The notes beneath the pieces were generated by a model, which worked only from the letters and a program-made list of their open reading frames with translations, did no database searches and had not been told where the DNA came from. Positions 8,132-16,996 of a stretch of 20,473 nucleotides of DNA are shown here, piece by piece (within the stretch, counting starts at the first letter, position 1; each line of letters starts with the position of its first letter). The DNA lies in the NCBI RefSeq assembly GCF_003334315.1, contig NZ_QOWR01000068.1. One strand, 5' to 3'. The DNA comes from Escherichia coli (GTDB lineage: Bacteria > Pseudomonadota > Gammaproteobacteria > Enterobacterales > Enterobacteriaceae). A program made the position numbers and the translations under genes.

Positions 8132-8242
8132 ACTCCGCTCAGTACTGAAGCACCAGTCCTATTTCCTCTTTTCTCCAGCCTGTTATATTAAGCATACTGA
8201 TTAACGATTTTTAACGTTATCCGCTAAATAAACATATTTGAA

Positions 8243-8440
8243 ATGCATGCGACCACAGTGAAAAACAAAATCACGCAAAGAGACAACTATAAAGAAATCA
8301 TGTCTGCAATTGTGGTTGTCTTATTACTGACACTTACGTTGATAGCCATTTTTTCGGCAATTGATCAGCTGAGTATTTCAGAAATGGGTCGCATTGCAAG
8401 AGATCTTACACATTTCATTATCAATAGTTTGCAAGGCTGA
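8243..8440 (+). CDS. safA: small single-pass membrane protein SafA (connector between EvgS/EvgA and PhoQ/PhoP)
   Basis: The 65-aa product MHATTVKNKITQRDNYKEIMSAIVVVLLLTLTLIAIFSAIDQLSISEMGRIARDLTHFIINSLQG has one central hydrophobic helix. The gene lies immediately upstream of ydeO and downstream of an EvgA box, and matches K-12 SafA (b1500) as I remember it. No obvious Shine-Dalgarno sequence. Confidence 0.88.
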   Translation: MHATTVKNKITQRDNYKEIMSAIVVVLLLTLTLIAIFSAIDQLSISEMGRIARDLTHFIINSLQG

Positions 8441-8514
8441 AAACAAACAGCAAATTATAAATATGAAATGTTAAAAAAGTATCGATAAAAACTTTATTGT
8501 TTTAAGGAGATAAA

Positions 8515-9276
8515 ATGTCGCTCGTTTGTTCTGTTATATTTATTCATCATGCCTTCAACGCTAACATTTTAGATAAAGATTACGCCTTCTCTGACGGCGA
8601 GATCCTGATGGTAGATAACGCTGTTCGTACGCATTTTGAACCTTATGAGCGGCATTTTAAAGAGATCGGATTTACTGAAAATACCATTAAAAAATATCTA
8701 CAATGCACTAACATCCAGACAGTGACGGTGCCTGTTCCTGCGAAGTTTTTACGTGCTTCAAATGTACCGACTGGATTGCTTAATGAAATGATTGCTTATC
8801 TCAACTCGGAAGAACGCAATCATCATAATTTTTCAGAACTTTTGCTTTTTTCTTGCCTGTCTATTTTTGCCGCATGCAAAGGTTTCATTACACTATTAAC
8901 TAACGGTGTGCTATCCGTTTCCGGAAAAGTGAGAAATATTGTCAACATGAAGCTGGCGCACCCATGGAAGCTGAAAGATATTTGTGACTGCCTGTACATC
9001 AGTGAAAGCCTGTTGAAGAAAAAACTAAAGCAAGAGCAAACGACATTCTCACAGATTCTATTAGATGCCAGAATGCAGCACGCAAAAAATTTGATACGCG
9101 TAGAAGGTTCAGTCAATAAAATTGCCGAACAATGTGGTTATGCCAGTACATCTTATTTTATTTATGCGTTCCGCAAACATTTCGGCAACAGTCCGAAGAG
9201 AGTTTCTAAGGAGTACCGTTGTCAAAGTCACACGGGTATGAATACGGGCAACACGATGAGTGCTTTAGCTATTTGA
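8515..9276 (+). CDS. ydeO: AraC/XylS-family acid-resistance regulator YdeO
   Basis: 253 aa with a C-terminal AraC dual HTH (WKLKDICDCLYISESLLKKKLKQEQTTFSQILLDARMQHAKNLI...IAEQCGYASTSYFIYAFRKHFGNSPKR). A strong SD (TAAGGAGATAAAATG) precedes the start. Confidence 0.95.
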   Translation: MSLVCSVIFIHHAFNANILDKDYAFSDGEILMVDNAVRTHFEPYERHFKEIGFTENTIKKYLQCTNIQTVTVPVPAKFLRASNVPTGLLNEMIAYLNSEERNHHNFSELLLFSCLSIFAACKGFITLLTNGVLSVSGKVRNIVNMKLAHPWKLKDICDCLYISESLLKKKLKQEQTTFSQILLDARMQHAKNLIRVEGSVNKIAEQCGYASTSYFIYAFRKHFGNSPKRVSKEYRCQSHTGMNTGNTMSALAI

Positions 9277-9324
9277 TTATTTGCTAACGAGTAGTCAACC
9301 ACGCACGCTACGTAAGAATTATAT

Positions 9325-9356
9325 GGGGCAGCCATTCCCTGCCCCGCGTTGTTTTT
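9325..9356 (+). terminator. intrinsic terminator after ydeO
   Basis: The stem GGGGCAG (9325-9331) with CTGCCCC (9339-9345) closes a 7-nt loop and is followed by GCGTTGTTTTT, with the T-run at 9352-9356. Confidence 0.65.
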
Positions 9357-9677
9357 AGGCGATATATTTATTGAAATAAATAAGTGACATCCATCACATA
9401 TTTATGCACTTGCATAACCTGTTGCATGATTATTTATGATCTCAATTCGGCATTTTGTCAGTAAAATGCAATAATTTATTAAATATCAATAAATTAGTTG
9501 TTTATCGGCGAGAAATTACTTAATAGAACAGAAAGTAATGTCAACGCTTTATGGACTGTTATTTCCCTTTTTTTAGCTAAATCTGCTATCTCTTTATGTG
9601 ACTAACTTCACTTACATCCACTTATTTCTCTTCGTAAAATTACTTCGGAATTAAGTACAATAAGAAGAGGAACATTT

Positions 9678-11360
9678 ATGAAGTCTGCATTAAAGAAAAG
9701 TGTCGTAAGTACCTCGATATCTTTGATACTGGCATCTGGTATGGCTGCATTTGCTGCTCATGCGGCAGATGATGTAAAGCTGAAAGCAACCAAAACAAAC
9801 GTTGCTTTCTCAGACTTTACGCCGACTGAATACAGTACCAAAGGAAAGCCAAATATTATCGTACTAACCATGGATGATCTTGGTTATGGACAACTTCCTT
9901 TTGATAAGGGATCTTTTGACCCAAAAACAATGGAAAATCGTGAAGTTGTCGATACCTACAAAATAGGGATAGATAAAGCCATTGAAGCTGCACAAAAATC
10001 AACGCCGACGCTCCTTTCATTAATGGATGAAGGCGTACGGTTTACTAACGGCTATGTGGCACACGGTGTTTCCGGCCCCTCCCGTGCCGCAATAATGACC
10101 GGTCGAGCTCCCGCCCGCTTTGGTGTCTATTCCAATACCGATGCTCAGGATGGTATTCCGCTAACAGAAACTTTCTTGCCTGAATTATTCCAGAATCATG
10201 GTTATTACACTGCAGCAGTAGGTAAATGGCACTTGTCAAAAATCAGTAATGTGCCGGTACCGGAAGATAAACAAACACGTGACTATCATGACAACTTCAC
10301 CACATTTTCTGCGGAAGAATGGCAACCTCAAAACCGTGGCTTTGATTACTTTATGGGATTCCACGCTGCAGGAACGGCATATTACAACTCCCCTTCACTG
10401 TTCCAAAATCGTGAACGTGTCCCCGCAAAAGGTTATATCAGCGATCAGTTAACCGATGAGGCAATTGGCGTTGTTGATCGTGCCAAAACACTTGACCAGC
10501 CTTTTATGCTTTACCTGGCTTATAATGCTCCGCACCTGCCAAATGATAATCCTGCACCGGAGCAATATCAGAAGCAATTTAATACCGGTAGTCAAACGGC
10601 AGATAACTACTACGCTTCCGTTTATTCTGTTGATCAGGGTGTAAAACGCATTCTCGAACAACTGAAGAAAAACGGACAGTATGACAATACAATTATTCTC
10701 TTTACCTCCGATAATGGTGCGGTTATCGATGGTCCTCTGCCGCTGAACGGGGCGCAAAAAGGCTATAAGAGTCAGACCTATCCTGGCGGTACTCACACCC
10801 CAATGTTTATGTGGTGGAAAGGAAAACTTCAACCCGGTAATTATGACAAGCTGATTTCCGCAATGGATTTCTACCCGACAGCTCTTGATGCAGCCGATAT
10901 CAGCATTCCAAAAGACCTTAAGCTGGATGGCGTTTCCTTGCTGCCCTGGTTGCAAGATAAGAAACAAGGCGAGCCACATAAAAATCTGACCTGGATAACC
11001 TCTTATTCTCACTGGTTTGATGAGGAAAATATTCCATTCTGGGATAATTACCACAAATTTGTCCGTCATCAGTCAGACGATTACCCGCATAACCCCAACA
11101 CTGAGGACTTAAGCCAATTCTCTTATACGGTGAGAAATAACGATTATTCGCTTGTCTATACAGTAGAAAACAATCAGTTAGGTCTCTACAAACTGACGGA
11201 TCTACAGCAAAAAGATAACCTTGCCGCCGCCAATCCGCAGGTCGTTAAAGAGATGCAAGGCGTGGTAAGAGAGTTTATCGACAGCAGCCAGCCACCGCTT
11301 AGCGAGGTAAATCAGGAGAAGTTTAACAATATCAAGAAAGCACTAAGCGAAGCGAAATAA
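9678..11360 (+). CDS. ydeN: periplasmic Ser-type sulfatase (type I sulfatase family)
   Basis: 560 aa with a signal peptide (…GMAAFAAHA|ADD). It carries the metal-binding motif IIVLTMDDLGYGQ and the sulfatase signature S-G-P-S-R-AAIMTGR (10071-10085), which has Ser rather than Cys at the formylglycine position. An AGAGGA SD is present. Confidence 0.95.
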   Translation: MKSALKKSVVSTSISLILASGMAAFAAHAADDVKLKATKTNVAFSDFTPTEYSTKGKPNIIVLTMDDLGYGQLPFDKGSFDPKTMENREVVDTYKIGIDKAIEAAQKSTPTLLSLMDEGVRFTNGYVAHGVSGPSRAAIMTGRAPARFGVYSNTDAQDGIPLTETFLPELFQNHGYYTAAVGKWHLSKISNVPVPEDKQTRDYHDNFTTFSAEEWQPQNRGFDYFMGFHAAGTAYYNSPSLFQNRERVPAKGYISDQLTDEAIGVVDRAKTLDQPFMLYLAYNAPHLPNDNPAPEQYQKQFNTGSQTADNYYASVYSVDQGVKRILEQLKKNGQYDNTIILFTSDNGAVIDGPLPLNGAQKGYKSQTYPGGTHTPMFMWWKGKLQPGNYDKLISAMDFYPTALDAADISIPKDLKLDGVSLLPWLQDKKQGEPHKNLTWITSYSHWFDEENIPFWDNYHKFVRHQSDDYPHNPNTEDLSQFSYTVRNNDYSLVYTVENNQLGLYKLTDLQQKDNLAAANPQVVKEMQGVVREFIDSSQPPLSEVNQEKFNNIKKALSEAK

Positions 11361-11372
11361 CTAAACCTTCAT

Positions 11373-11398
11373 GCGGCGGATTTTTCCGCCGCCTTATT
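11373..11398 (+). terminator. GC-rich hairpin between ydeN and ydeM (possible terminator or attenuator)
   Basis: The stem GCGGCGG (11373-11379) with CCGCCGC (11386-11392) closes the loop ATTTTT and is followed by the tail CTTATT. It lies 13 nt after the ydeN stop and 14-20 nt before the ydeM ATG. The tail is only weakly U-rich. Confidence 0.45.
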
Positions 11399-11411
11399 GA
11401 GCGAGATAGCG

Positions 11412-12569
11412 ATGCACGTTACAGCCAAGCCCTCCAGTTTTCAATGTAATCTCAAATGTGATTACTGTTTTTACCTTGAAAAAGAGTCGCAGTTTACTCA
11501 TGAAAAATGGATGGATGACAGCACTCTGAAAGAGTTCATCAAACAATATATCGCAGCGTCTGGCAATCAGGTCTATTTTACCTGGCAAGGCGGTGAACCC
11601 ACTCTGGCTGGCCTGGATTTTTTCCGTAAAGTTATTCACTATCAACAACGCTATGCAGGCCAAAAACGTATTTTTAATGCATTACAAACGAATGGCATTT
11701 TATTGAATAATGAATGGTGTGCCTTTCTCAAAGAACATGAATTTCTGGTTGGTATCTCGATCGATGGCCCCCAGGAGTTACATGACCGTTACAGACGCAG
11801 TAATTCAGGTAACGGTACTTTTGCAAAAGTGATAGCAGCCATCGAGCGTCTGAAATCATATCAAGTAGAGTTTAATACGTTAACCGTCATTAATAACGTT
11901 AATGTCCATTACCCTCTTGAGGTTTATCATTTTTTAAAATCTATCGGCAGTAAACATATGCAATTTATCGAATTGCTAGAAACCGGGACGCCGAATATTG
12001 ATTTCAGTGGTCATAGTGAGAACACATTCCGTATCATTGATTTTTCTGTGCCTCCCACGGCTTATGGCAAGTTTATGTCAACCATTTTTATGCAATGGGT
12101 TAAAAACGATGTGGGTGAAATTTTCATCCGTCAGTTTGAAAGCTTTGTCAGCCGTTTTTTGGGGAATGGGCATACCAGTTGTATTTTCCAGGAGTCCTGC
12201 AAGGATAATCTGGTTGTTGAAAGTAATGGAGACATTTACGAATGCGACCATTTTGTCTATCCACAGTACAAAATTGGAAACATTAATAAATCTGAACTCA
12301 AAACGATGAACAGTGTACAACTGACAGCGCAAAAAAAACGGATTCCAGCGAAATGTCAGCAATGTGCATATAAACCTATCTGCAATGGCGGTTGTCCTAA
12401 GCATCGTATTACTAAAGTAAACAATGAGACTGTTTCTTATTTTTGCGAAGGTTATAAAATCCTTTTTTCAACCATGGTACCTTATATGAACGCCATGGTA
12501 GAGTTAGCTAAGAACAGAGTACCGCTTTACCACATTATGGATGTTGCAAAACAAATGGAGAATAATTAA
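11412..12569 (+). CDS. ydeM: radical-SAM anaerobic sulfatase-maturating enzyme homologue (AtsB/anSME family, SPASM domain)
   Basis: I start the gene at ATG 11412 ([21 protein letters not shown], 385 aa) rather than the TTG at 11397 given by the ORF track. The radical-SAM motif CNLKCDYC lies at 11445-11468. A GGEP motif is present (WQGGEPTL). C-terminal auxiliary-cluster cysteines include CIFQESC...YECDHF and [17 protein letters not shown]. Confidence 0.9.
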
Positions 12570-12622
12570 TAACGCTCTCTTTTAACTCCATTCTTAGCCT
12601 CCTTCTTATGACCTTAACAAGG

Positions 12623-12651
12623 CACCCGACATAAATTCCTGTCGGGTGTTT
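12623..12651 (+). terminator. intrinsic terminator after ydeM
   Basis: The 9-bp stem CACCCGACA (12623-12631) with TGTCGGGTG (12640-12648) closes an 8-nt loop and is followed by TTTCG. Confidence 0.7.
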
Positions 12652-12819
12652 CGTCATCATCATCTTCCCTTGCGAAAATCCTGGCTTACGTGGTATGCAT
12701 CAGGGCATTAGCAATATCCTTGATTATCAATAGCATAACCATAACCACTGAAAATGAAATATTCCTTTATATTTCATATTGTTAAATGATACTTAAATAA
12801 ATTTCATCAGTAAATCATT

Positions 12820-12838
12820 GCCATAGATAATCATTGGA
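12820..12838 (+). promoter_or_regulatory. candidate Fur box upstream of yddA
   Basis: GCCATAGATAATCATTGGA matches 12 of 19 positions of GATAATGATAATCATTATC by my manual count, with a perfect central GATAATCATT. It lies 22 bp upstream of the yddA ATG. A second Fur-like core, TGATTATCAATAGC, sits at 12721-12734. Confidence 0.4.
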
Positions 12839-12859
12839 TGGCACAATCAATTTTCGCTA

Positions 12860-14545
12860 ATGATAACCATTCCCATTACGCTTCGTATGTTGATAGCAAA
12901 GTATCTCTGTCTGTTGAAGCCCTTTTGGCTGCGTAAGAATAATAAAACTTCAGTGTTGTTAATCATTATTATCCTCGCAATGATCCTTGGCGTGGTTAAA
13001 ATTCAGGTCTGGTTAAACGACTGGAATAATGATTTTTTCAATGCGCTAAGCCAGAAAGAAACCGATAAGCTTTGGCAGCTTGTCCTTTGGTTCCCTGCCC
13101 TGCTGGGGATCTTTGTATTAATATCCGTAAACAAAACATGGTTAATTAAACTGCTGACTATTCGCTGGCGCGAATGGTTAACAGATTACTACCTTAATCG
13201 GTGGTTTGCAGATAAAAACTACTACTTCACGCAGATCTACGGCGAGCATAAAAATACAGATAACCCTGACCAACGTATCGCTGAAGACATTCTCTTACTG
13301 ATCAGCAAAACGCTCAGTCTTTCATTTGGCTTCATCCAGTCACTTAGCATGCTGATCACCTTTACCGTTATTCTTTGGCAAAGCGCGGGTACGCTCTCAT
13401 TCACTGTTGGTGGAACAGAATGGAATATCCAGGGGTATATGGTCTATACCGTCGTGCTCATTGTGATCGGTGGAACTTTATTTACCCATAAGGTGGGTAA
13501 ACGTATTCGTCCGCTTAATGTGGAAAAACAACGTAGCGAAGCGACATTTCGAACAAATCTTGTGCAGCATAATAAGCAGGCAGAACTGATTGCGCTAAGC
13601 AATGCTGAGTCTCTACAACGCCAGGAGTTGAGCGACAATTTTCATACCATTAAAGAGAACTGGCATCGTTTAATGAATCGTCAGCGGTGGCTTGATTACT
13701 GGCAGAATATTTATTCGCGCTCGCTTAGCGTTCTTCCCTACTTTCTGTTATTGCCGCAGTTTATTAGCGGGCAGATCAATCTGGGCGGACTGATGAAATC
13801 GCGCCAGGCATTTATGCTGGTATCGAACAATTTAAGCTGGTTTATTTATAAATATGACGAACTTGCTGAACTGGCTGCGGTTATCGATCGCTTGTATGAG
13901 TTCCATCAACTCACTGAACAGCGCCCTACGAATAAGCCTAAAAATTACCAACATGCGGTACAAGTGGCTGATGCGAGTATTCGTACGCCTGATAATAAGA
14001 TCATATTAGAGAACCTGAACTTTCATGTTTCGCCAGGCAAATGGCTATTACTGAAAGGCTACTCTGGTGCGGGAAAAACCACACTGCTTAAAACATTATC
14101 CCACTGCTGGCCGTGGTTTAAAGGTGATATTTCTTCTCCTGCTGACAGTTGGTATGTGTCACAAACACCGTTAATCAAAACCGGCTTACTGAAAGAGATT
14201 ATTTGTAAAGCACTTCCCCTGCCCGTAGACGATAAATCGTTGAGCGAAGTACTGCATCAGGTTGGTCTTGGGAAATTGGCTGCGCGTATTCATGACCACG
14301 ATCGCTGGGGAGATATTCTTTCCAGCGGCGAAAAACAACGTATCGCCCTGGCACGATTAATTTTACGACGTCCGAAATGGATATTTCTTGACGAAACTAC
14401 CTCTCATCTTGAGGAACAAGAGGCTATCCGCTTACTGCGTTTAGTGCGTGAAAAACTACCCACAAGCGGCGTCATTATGGTTACACATCAACCCGGTGTC
14501 TGGAACCTGGCCGATGATATTTGTGACATTAGCGCGGTTTTATAA
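12860..14545 (+). CDS. yddA: fused permease/ATPase ABC transporter (SbmA/BacA-like transmembrane domain plus NBD)
   Basis: 561 aa. The N-terminal 330 aa or so are hydrophobic and multi-helix. The C-terminal NBD has Walker A GYSGAGKTT, the signature SSGEKQR and Walker B WIFLDETTS. Confidence 0.95.
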   Translation: MITIPITLRMLIAKYLCLLKPFWLRKNNKTSVLLIIIILAMILGVVKIQVWLNDWNNDFFNALSQKETDKLWQLVLWFPALLGIFVLISVNKTWLIKLLTIRWREWLTDYYLNRWFADKNYYFTQIYGEHKNTDNPDQRIAEDILLLISKTLSLSFGFIQSLSMLITFTVILWQSAGTLSFTVGGTEWNIQGYMVYTVVLIVIGGTLFTHKVGKRIRPLNVEKQRSEATFRTNLVQHNKQAELIALSNAESLQRQELSDNFHTIKENWHRLMNRQRWLDYWQNIYSRSLSVLPYFLLLPQFISGQINLGGLMKSRQAFMLVSNNLSWFIYKYDELAELAAVIDRLYEFHQLTEQRPTNKPKNYQHAVQVADASIRTPDNKIILENLNFHVSPGKWLLLKGYSGAGKTTLLKTLSHCWPWFKGDISSPADSWYVSQTPLIKTGLLKEIICKALPLPVDDKSLSEVLHQVGLGKLAARIHDHDRWGDILSSGEKQRIALARLILRRPKWIFLDETTSHLEEQEAIRLLRLVREKLPTSGVIMVTHQPGVWNLADDICDISAVL

Positions 14546-14582
14546 AAACAATAAAAGCCCTGCTGTACGGAGATATAAATAA

Positions 14583-16952
14583 ATGAAGCGAGTTCTTATT
14601 CCTGGCGTCATTTTATGTGGCGCTGATGTGGCGCAGGCCGTCGATGACAAAAACATGTACATGCATTTTTTTGAAGAGATGACGGTCTATGCTCCTGTCC
14701 CTGTACCCGTAAACGGCAACACGCATTACACCAGTGAAAGCATCGAGCGTTTACCGACCGGGAATGGCAATATCAGCGATCTGCTGAGAACCAACCCTGC
14801 GGTACGCATGGATTCAACGCAAAGTACCTCGTTGAACCGAGATATTCGCCCTGAGAAAATCTCTATTCACGGTGCGTCGCCCTACCAGAATGCCTATTTG
14901 ATTGACGGTATTAGTGCAACTAATAACCTGAACCCAGCGAATGAGTCCGATGCCAGTAGTGCAACCAATATTAGCGGGATGTCACAGGGGTATTATCTTG
15001 ATGTCAGCTTACTGGACAATGTGACGCTTTATGACAGTTTTGTGCCGGTTGAATTTGGTCGCTTCAATGGCGGGGTAATTGATGCAAAGATCAAACGCTT
15101 CAACGCTGATGATAGCAAGGTGAAATTGGGTTATCGCACTACGCGTTCGGACTGGTTAACATCGCATATCGATGAGAATAACAAGAGCGCATTTAATCAA
15201 GGCTCTTCAGGAAGTACTTATTACTCCCCAGATTTTAAAAAGAACTTTTATACCTTGTCGTTTAATCAGGAACTCGCTGATAACTTCGGCGTTACCGCCG
15301 GTTTATCGCGCCGCCAGTCTGATATCACCCGCGCGGATTATGTTTCGAATGACGGCATTGTCGCCGGTCGGGCACAGTATAAAAACGTTATCGATACTGC
15401 ATTAAGCAAATTTACCTGGTTTGCCAGCGACCGCTTTACCCACGATTTAACCTTAAAATATACCGGCTCCAGCCGTGATTATAATACCAGCACCTTCCCG
15501 CAGTCTGATCGCGAAATGGGTAATAAATCCTATGGTCTGGCATGGGATATGGATACGCAGCTCGCATGGGCCAAACTGCGTACCACCGTTGGTTGGGATC
15601 ATATTAGTGATTATACCCGTCACGATCATGACATCTGGTACACCGAACTTTCATGTACATATGGTGATATTACAGGGCGTTGCACCCGTGGCGGATTAGG
15701 ACACATTTCCCAGGCTGTAGATAATTACACCTTCAAAACACGCCTGGACTGGCAAAAATTCGCCGTGGGTAATGTTTCGCATCAACCCTACTTCGGCGCG
15801 GAATACATCTATTCCGATGCGTGGACTGAACGCCATAACCAGTCTGAATCCTATCTGATTAATGCTGCCGGAAAGAAAACTAACCATACCATTTACCATA
15901 AAGGTAAAGGCCGCCTGGGAATTGACAACTACACGCTGTATATGGCGGATCGCATTAGCTGGCGTAATGTGTCATTAATGCCCGGCGTGCGGTATGACTA
16001 TGACAACTATCTGTCAAACCACAATATCTCCCCGCGCTTTATGACGGAATGGGATATTTTTGCTAATCAAACCTCAATGATTACAGCAGGTTATAACCGT
16101 TACTATGGCGGGAATATTCTTGATATGGGATTACGTGATATCCGCAATAGCTGGACGGAATCGGTATCAGGTAATAAAACTCTGACGCGTTATCAGGATT
16201 TGAAAACGCCTTATAACGATGAACTGGCAATGGGATTGCAGCAGAAAATCGGTAAGAACGTTATTGCGCGTGCAAACTATGTTTACCGTGAAGCGCATGA
16301 TCAAATCAGCAAAAGCAGTCGTACCGACAGCGCGACTAAAACCACCATTACTGAATATAACAACGATGGCAAAACCAAAATGCATTCGTTCAGCCTCAGT
16401 TTTGAACTGGCCGAACCCCTGCATATCCGCCAGGTAGATATTAACCCACAAATTGTCTTTAGCTATATCAAGAGCAAGGGCAACTTGTCGTTAAACAATG
16501 GTTATGAGGAGAGCAATACCGGTGATAACCAGGTGGTTTATAACGGTAATCTGGTCTCTTACGATAGCGTTCCAGTGGCAGATTTTAATAACCCATTAAA
16601 GATCTCCTTAAACATGGATTTCACGCATCAACCGAGCGGGTTAGTGTGGGCGAATACGCTGGCCTGGCAAGAAGCGCGTAAAGCTCGCATTATCCTTGGT
16701 AAGACAAATGCGCAATACATCAGCGAATATTCAGATTACAAGCAGTATGTTGACGAAAAACTGGATAGCAGCCTGACCTGGGACACCCGCTTGTCCTGGA
16801 CGCCACAATTTCTGAAACAACAAAACCTGACGATCAGTGCCGATATTCTCAATGTACTGGATAGCAAAACCGCTGTTGATACAACGAACACCGGTGTGGC
16901 GACCTACGCCAGTGGCCGTACTTTCTGGCTTGATGTCAGCATGAAATTTTAA
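14583..16952 (+). CDS. yddB: TonB-dependent outer-membrane receptor
   Basis: 789 aa with a signal peptide (…ADVAQA|VDD) and a TonB-box-like EEMTVYAP (14673-14696). Plug-domain motifs are present (ISIHGASPYQNAYLIDGI). The protein is a long beta-barrel with aromatic-rich strands and ends in the OMP terminal motif WLDVSMKF. It starts 37 nt after yddA. Confidence 0.95.
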   Translation: MKRVLIPGVILCGADVAQAVDDKNMYMHFFEEMTVYAPVPVPVNGNTHYTSESIERLPTGNGNISDLLRTNPAVRMDSTQSTSLNRDIRPEKISIHGASPYQNAYLIDGISATNNLNPANESDASSATNISGMSQGYYLDVSLLDNVTLYDSFVPVEFGRFNGGVIDAKIKRFNADDSKVKLGYRTTRSDWLTSHIDENNKSAFNQGSSGSTYYSPDFKKNFYTLSFNQELADNFGVTAGLSRRQSDITRADYVSNDGIVAGRAQYKNVIDTALSKFTWFASDRFTHDLTLKYTGSSRDYNTSTFPQSDREMGNKSYGLAWDMDTQLAWAKLRTTVGWDHISDYTRHDHDIWYTELSCTYGDITGRCTRGGLGHISQAVDNYTFKTRLDWQKFAVGNVSHQPYFGAEYIYSDAWTERHNQSESYLINAAGKKTNHTIYHKGKGRLGIDNYTLYMADRISWRNVSLMPGVRYDYDNYLSNHNISPRFMTEWDIFANQTSMITAGYNRYYGGNILDMGLRDIRNSWTESVSGNKTLTRYQDLKTPYNDELAMGLQQKIGKNVIARANYVYREAHDQISKSSRTDSATKTTITEYNNDGKTKMHSFSLSFELAEPLHIRQVDINPQIVFSYIKSKGNLSLNNGYEESNTGDNQVVYNGNLVSYDSVPVADFNNPLKISLNMDFTHQPSGLVWANTLAWQEARKARIILGKTNAQYISEYSDYKQYVDEKLDSSLTWDTRLSWTPQFLKQQNLTISADILNVLDSKTAVDTTNTGVATYASGRTFWLDVSMKF

Positions 16953-16996
16953 TAGTTCGGATTTTACTTAACCGGGTAAATTCGCCCGGTTTTCGC

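Noticed and set aside
10449-11069. 206-aa minus-strand ORF
   Set aside because: It is entirely antisense to the well-supported sulfatase gene ydeN, and its translation is Ile/Leu/Arg-rich with no motifs. The same reasoning applies to the shorter antisense or out-of-frame ORFs in the track within ydeT, ydeS, ydeQ, ydeP, ydeO, ydeN, ydeM, yddA, yddB, pqqL and gadB.
11397-11411. TTG start for ydeM as given in the ORF track (MSEIAMHV…)
   Set aside because: The TTG overlaps the upstream hairpin tail. ATG 11412 gives the canonical anSME N-terminus (H-x-x-x-KP…CNLxCxYC) and the 385-aa length I recall for YdeM.
14583-16952. Possible one-residue length difference in the YddB plug region (…STSLNRDIRPEK…, 789 aa) compared with my recollection of K-12 YddB (790 aa)
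   Set aside because: I cannot verify the reference sequence from memory. The ORF is intact and the motif context is plausible, so I make no claim.
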